Source: Antedon mediterranea (Eukaryota; Animalia; Echinodermata). Taken from it: DNA of 64,000 nucleotides. The notes below the pieces were generated by a model. That model was not told where the DNA came from. It worked only from the letters and a program-made list of their open reading frames with translations, and searched no databases. The stretch covers positions 4,193,888-4,257,887 of the forward strand of contig NC_092676.1 in NCBI RefSeq assembly GCF_964355755.1, given 5' to 3'. Positions within the stretch are counted from its first letter, which is position 1, and each line of letters starts with the position of its first letter. Below, one piece after another: positions 61,753 to 64,000 of this stretch. Position numbers and translations under genes: made by a program.

Positions 61753-64000
61753 ATGTGCTGTTTAGAACAAAAAGTTTTTTATTAAAATTGACAATTATTA
61801 ATTACCAATTATTATATGCTGTAGATGCCTTTATTTGTATAAAATCTTTGATTCGATTTTGATAAAGGGAGAAATAAAGTTATTTCTACTATACTTTTTT
61901 TATATTTGCAGGGAAGTCTGTGAAGCTAACTGTGACAAATAAAGATATATATATATATATACACAAGTTAGCTCTTTTAAGAACCAGACATATTCATCTG
62001 AAAAAGAAGAAAATATAAAGATATTTAATCATTGCGACATTCAAAATATCAGAAATATCATAATTTACAGGATGTAGCAAAATGGTTTTTAGTTAATAAT
62101 ATTTGTTACCAATGAATTATAAAAATTGTAATTGTCACCCAAAATCATTGTTTTCCTGACACATTTTCAGGGAAGGAAATATATCTTGAAACAACATATA
62201 TTAAATCATTTTATATGGATAGAGTTACAATTAATTTAATGTAAACAATTAAAATTGTAATTGAGTTGTTTAAATATCTGAGAGAAGTCCTCCTGTTGTC
62301 GATCATGCTAGTAATTCTGTAGAAAGTGAGTTTATATTTTTTATCTGGAGATGTGAATTACATTGTATATTATATAATTTTGTTATATAAAATGTTGGTT
62401 TATAGATCAACAAATTATTCGTGTGTTTATACTATGATGCTAACACGATACATTGTGAAATGGAAATATGAATACATGTAACAAATATGTATTTCATAAT
62501 AAATGAAAGAGTAAAACTAAAACATAAATGCATTTATTTAATTAATTTGTTTTTCTTATTAAAATGAAATTAAAATTAAAGAGATATATACATTTGATAA
62601 ATTTGTATTTCATAACAAATGAAATAGTATAATTACAATATTAAAGGGACAACCATAGGACCCAAGAAAGTGTCCCTTTAATTTGGGGTGTCCCCTAAAT
62701 AGGGGTGTCCCAAAGAAGGGGTTCATACTTTATGTATATACATTAAATCATATAAGGAATAGCCAACGTCTCTCATACAGTTGTTATTTTATTGTTATGG
62801 TCATAGTATAAACACATTTTAGGAATTAAATTTTCATTTTTTTTTAAATAATTCCGAAAATCTTTATTTTATTTATTTCTGATTCTTCATATTTCTTGTT
62901 TAATTGCTGCCATTGTTTTAAAAACATGAACCAAATACTTTGCCACCTGCAATACTGACCACATGTGCTCAATATGACCCCAAGTGACCCCATATTAATT
63001 AGTAAATTCAGTAACTGATTCATAATTGCAGAATAATTAACAGTTTTTTAACGAGCAATAGACGGGTTACAAACAATTATTTGTTTATGAAACTTATATA
63101 TAAAGAAAATTATCAATTTTTCCTTCGGTCCTATATTTTTATTTTTGTTATTATATGTTTTTGTTTATTATAATAATATATAATTATAAATGTATAATAT
63201 TACTGTACTAAGACTATAAACATGTTTAGTATAATAGTATTGCATGCTATGTTGAACTCTATCCGTGTTTATATACAAGTATGTGTACCACTTATACAAT
63301 AGACTATATGTTCAAACATTGTTGTTATGCCTTCATCTTTTGTAGACATATGGCTACTGATTTATTCTGAATAAGACAATTGAGCAGAGGTGTTTTTATA
63401 GTCCTGGTTCACGCTAGAAATTGTAATGGAATCATGGTTCACGCTAAACAGTTGTTATTGGGAGAAACCAATCGTGTCAGTCTGTGTAAGAAATTATCGA
63501 TGTGATAGGGCGATCTCAATCTTCATGCTTGGTTCCCAAGATGAAACACAAGGACGTAACGCAAGTGATTTGACCAATCACAAGCGTTGGATTATTCGAA
63601 CTGTCGCTTGTCATTGGTTAACTTGCTTGCTGTGCGCCTCTAGTGTGAACCAATAGTCCACTAATCTTAATCTGGTTATTATGATTGGAAACCGATTTTG
63701 ATCAGCCCTAGTATGTATTGCAAATCAGGGTTACCGGTAAAATGACGTCAGTAATTTTGTGCGTGTGAACAGGGAATTTATTAATGCCCGTGATTGGTGA
63801 CCGTGTGTAAACAGAGCCTTGGCAGTGGCATACTCATTGGGCATACGTATGTTTAGCATAATTTACATTAAAGTGCGCAATATGTATTGCGACAACTGTA
63901 TTATTCACTTACTCTGTTCGCTATCAGATTTACTTTACATTATATCGGATATCGCCCTGAGTTATATCGGATTTATTAATCGGATATCCTGTAAGTGGTC

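Larger units (their letters stand above)
44212..61923 (+). pseudogene. PICALM: PICALM/AP180 (SNAP91/lap) C-terminal exons: 44212-44280, 45280-45442, 52917-53031, 56087-56116, 60042-60110, 60798-60881, 61912-61923. Apparently a partial, disrupted copy
   Basis: Phase-compatible exons encode ANFDQAFG, LLGEV.QP, KDIDSTLAHLAT.L, HQW..KTGGANWAP and the terminal DPF|GSL*. These match the CALM/AP180 motifs DLDSSLANL, KLTGGSNWQP and DPFGAL. Exon 45280-45442 is frameshifted. Confidence 0.75.

Overview
AT-rich eukaryotic DNA. It is probably from a marine invertebrate, possibly an echinoderm; this is inferred from the gene and transposon repertoire and cannot be proven here. Three spliced host genes can be read by hand, although the ORF track captures only fragments of them. 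(1) The 3' part of a GRL101-like LRR-containing GPCR (+; six phase-2 LRR exons plus a hinge/7TM exon, 1409-11661). (2) A complete 4-exon, 171-aa SAT1/SAT2-family acetyltransferase (-, 29896-13132). (3) The C-terminal exons of a PICALM/AP180 homolog (+, 44212-61923), with no ANTH exons in view and a doubly frameshifted exon. The introns and intergenic DNA are packed with mobile elements: a very young PNMA-gag Ty3/Gypsy element, a Gmr1-like element (integrase before RT), a fragmented CR1/L2-group LINE, Helentron-type HINEs, and pogo-, hAT-, MULE- and Kolobok-like non-autonomous elements. These include a five-level nested stack (33563-43908) that holds an inverted pair of 99-bp satellite arrays. 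All coordinates and alignments were read by eye; no database searches were run.
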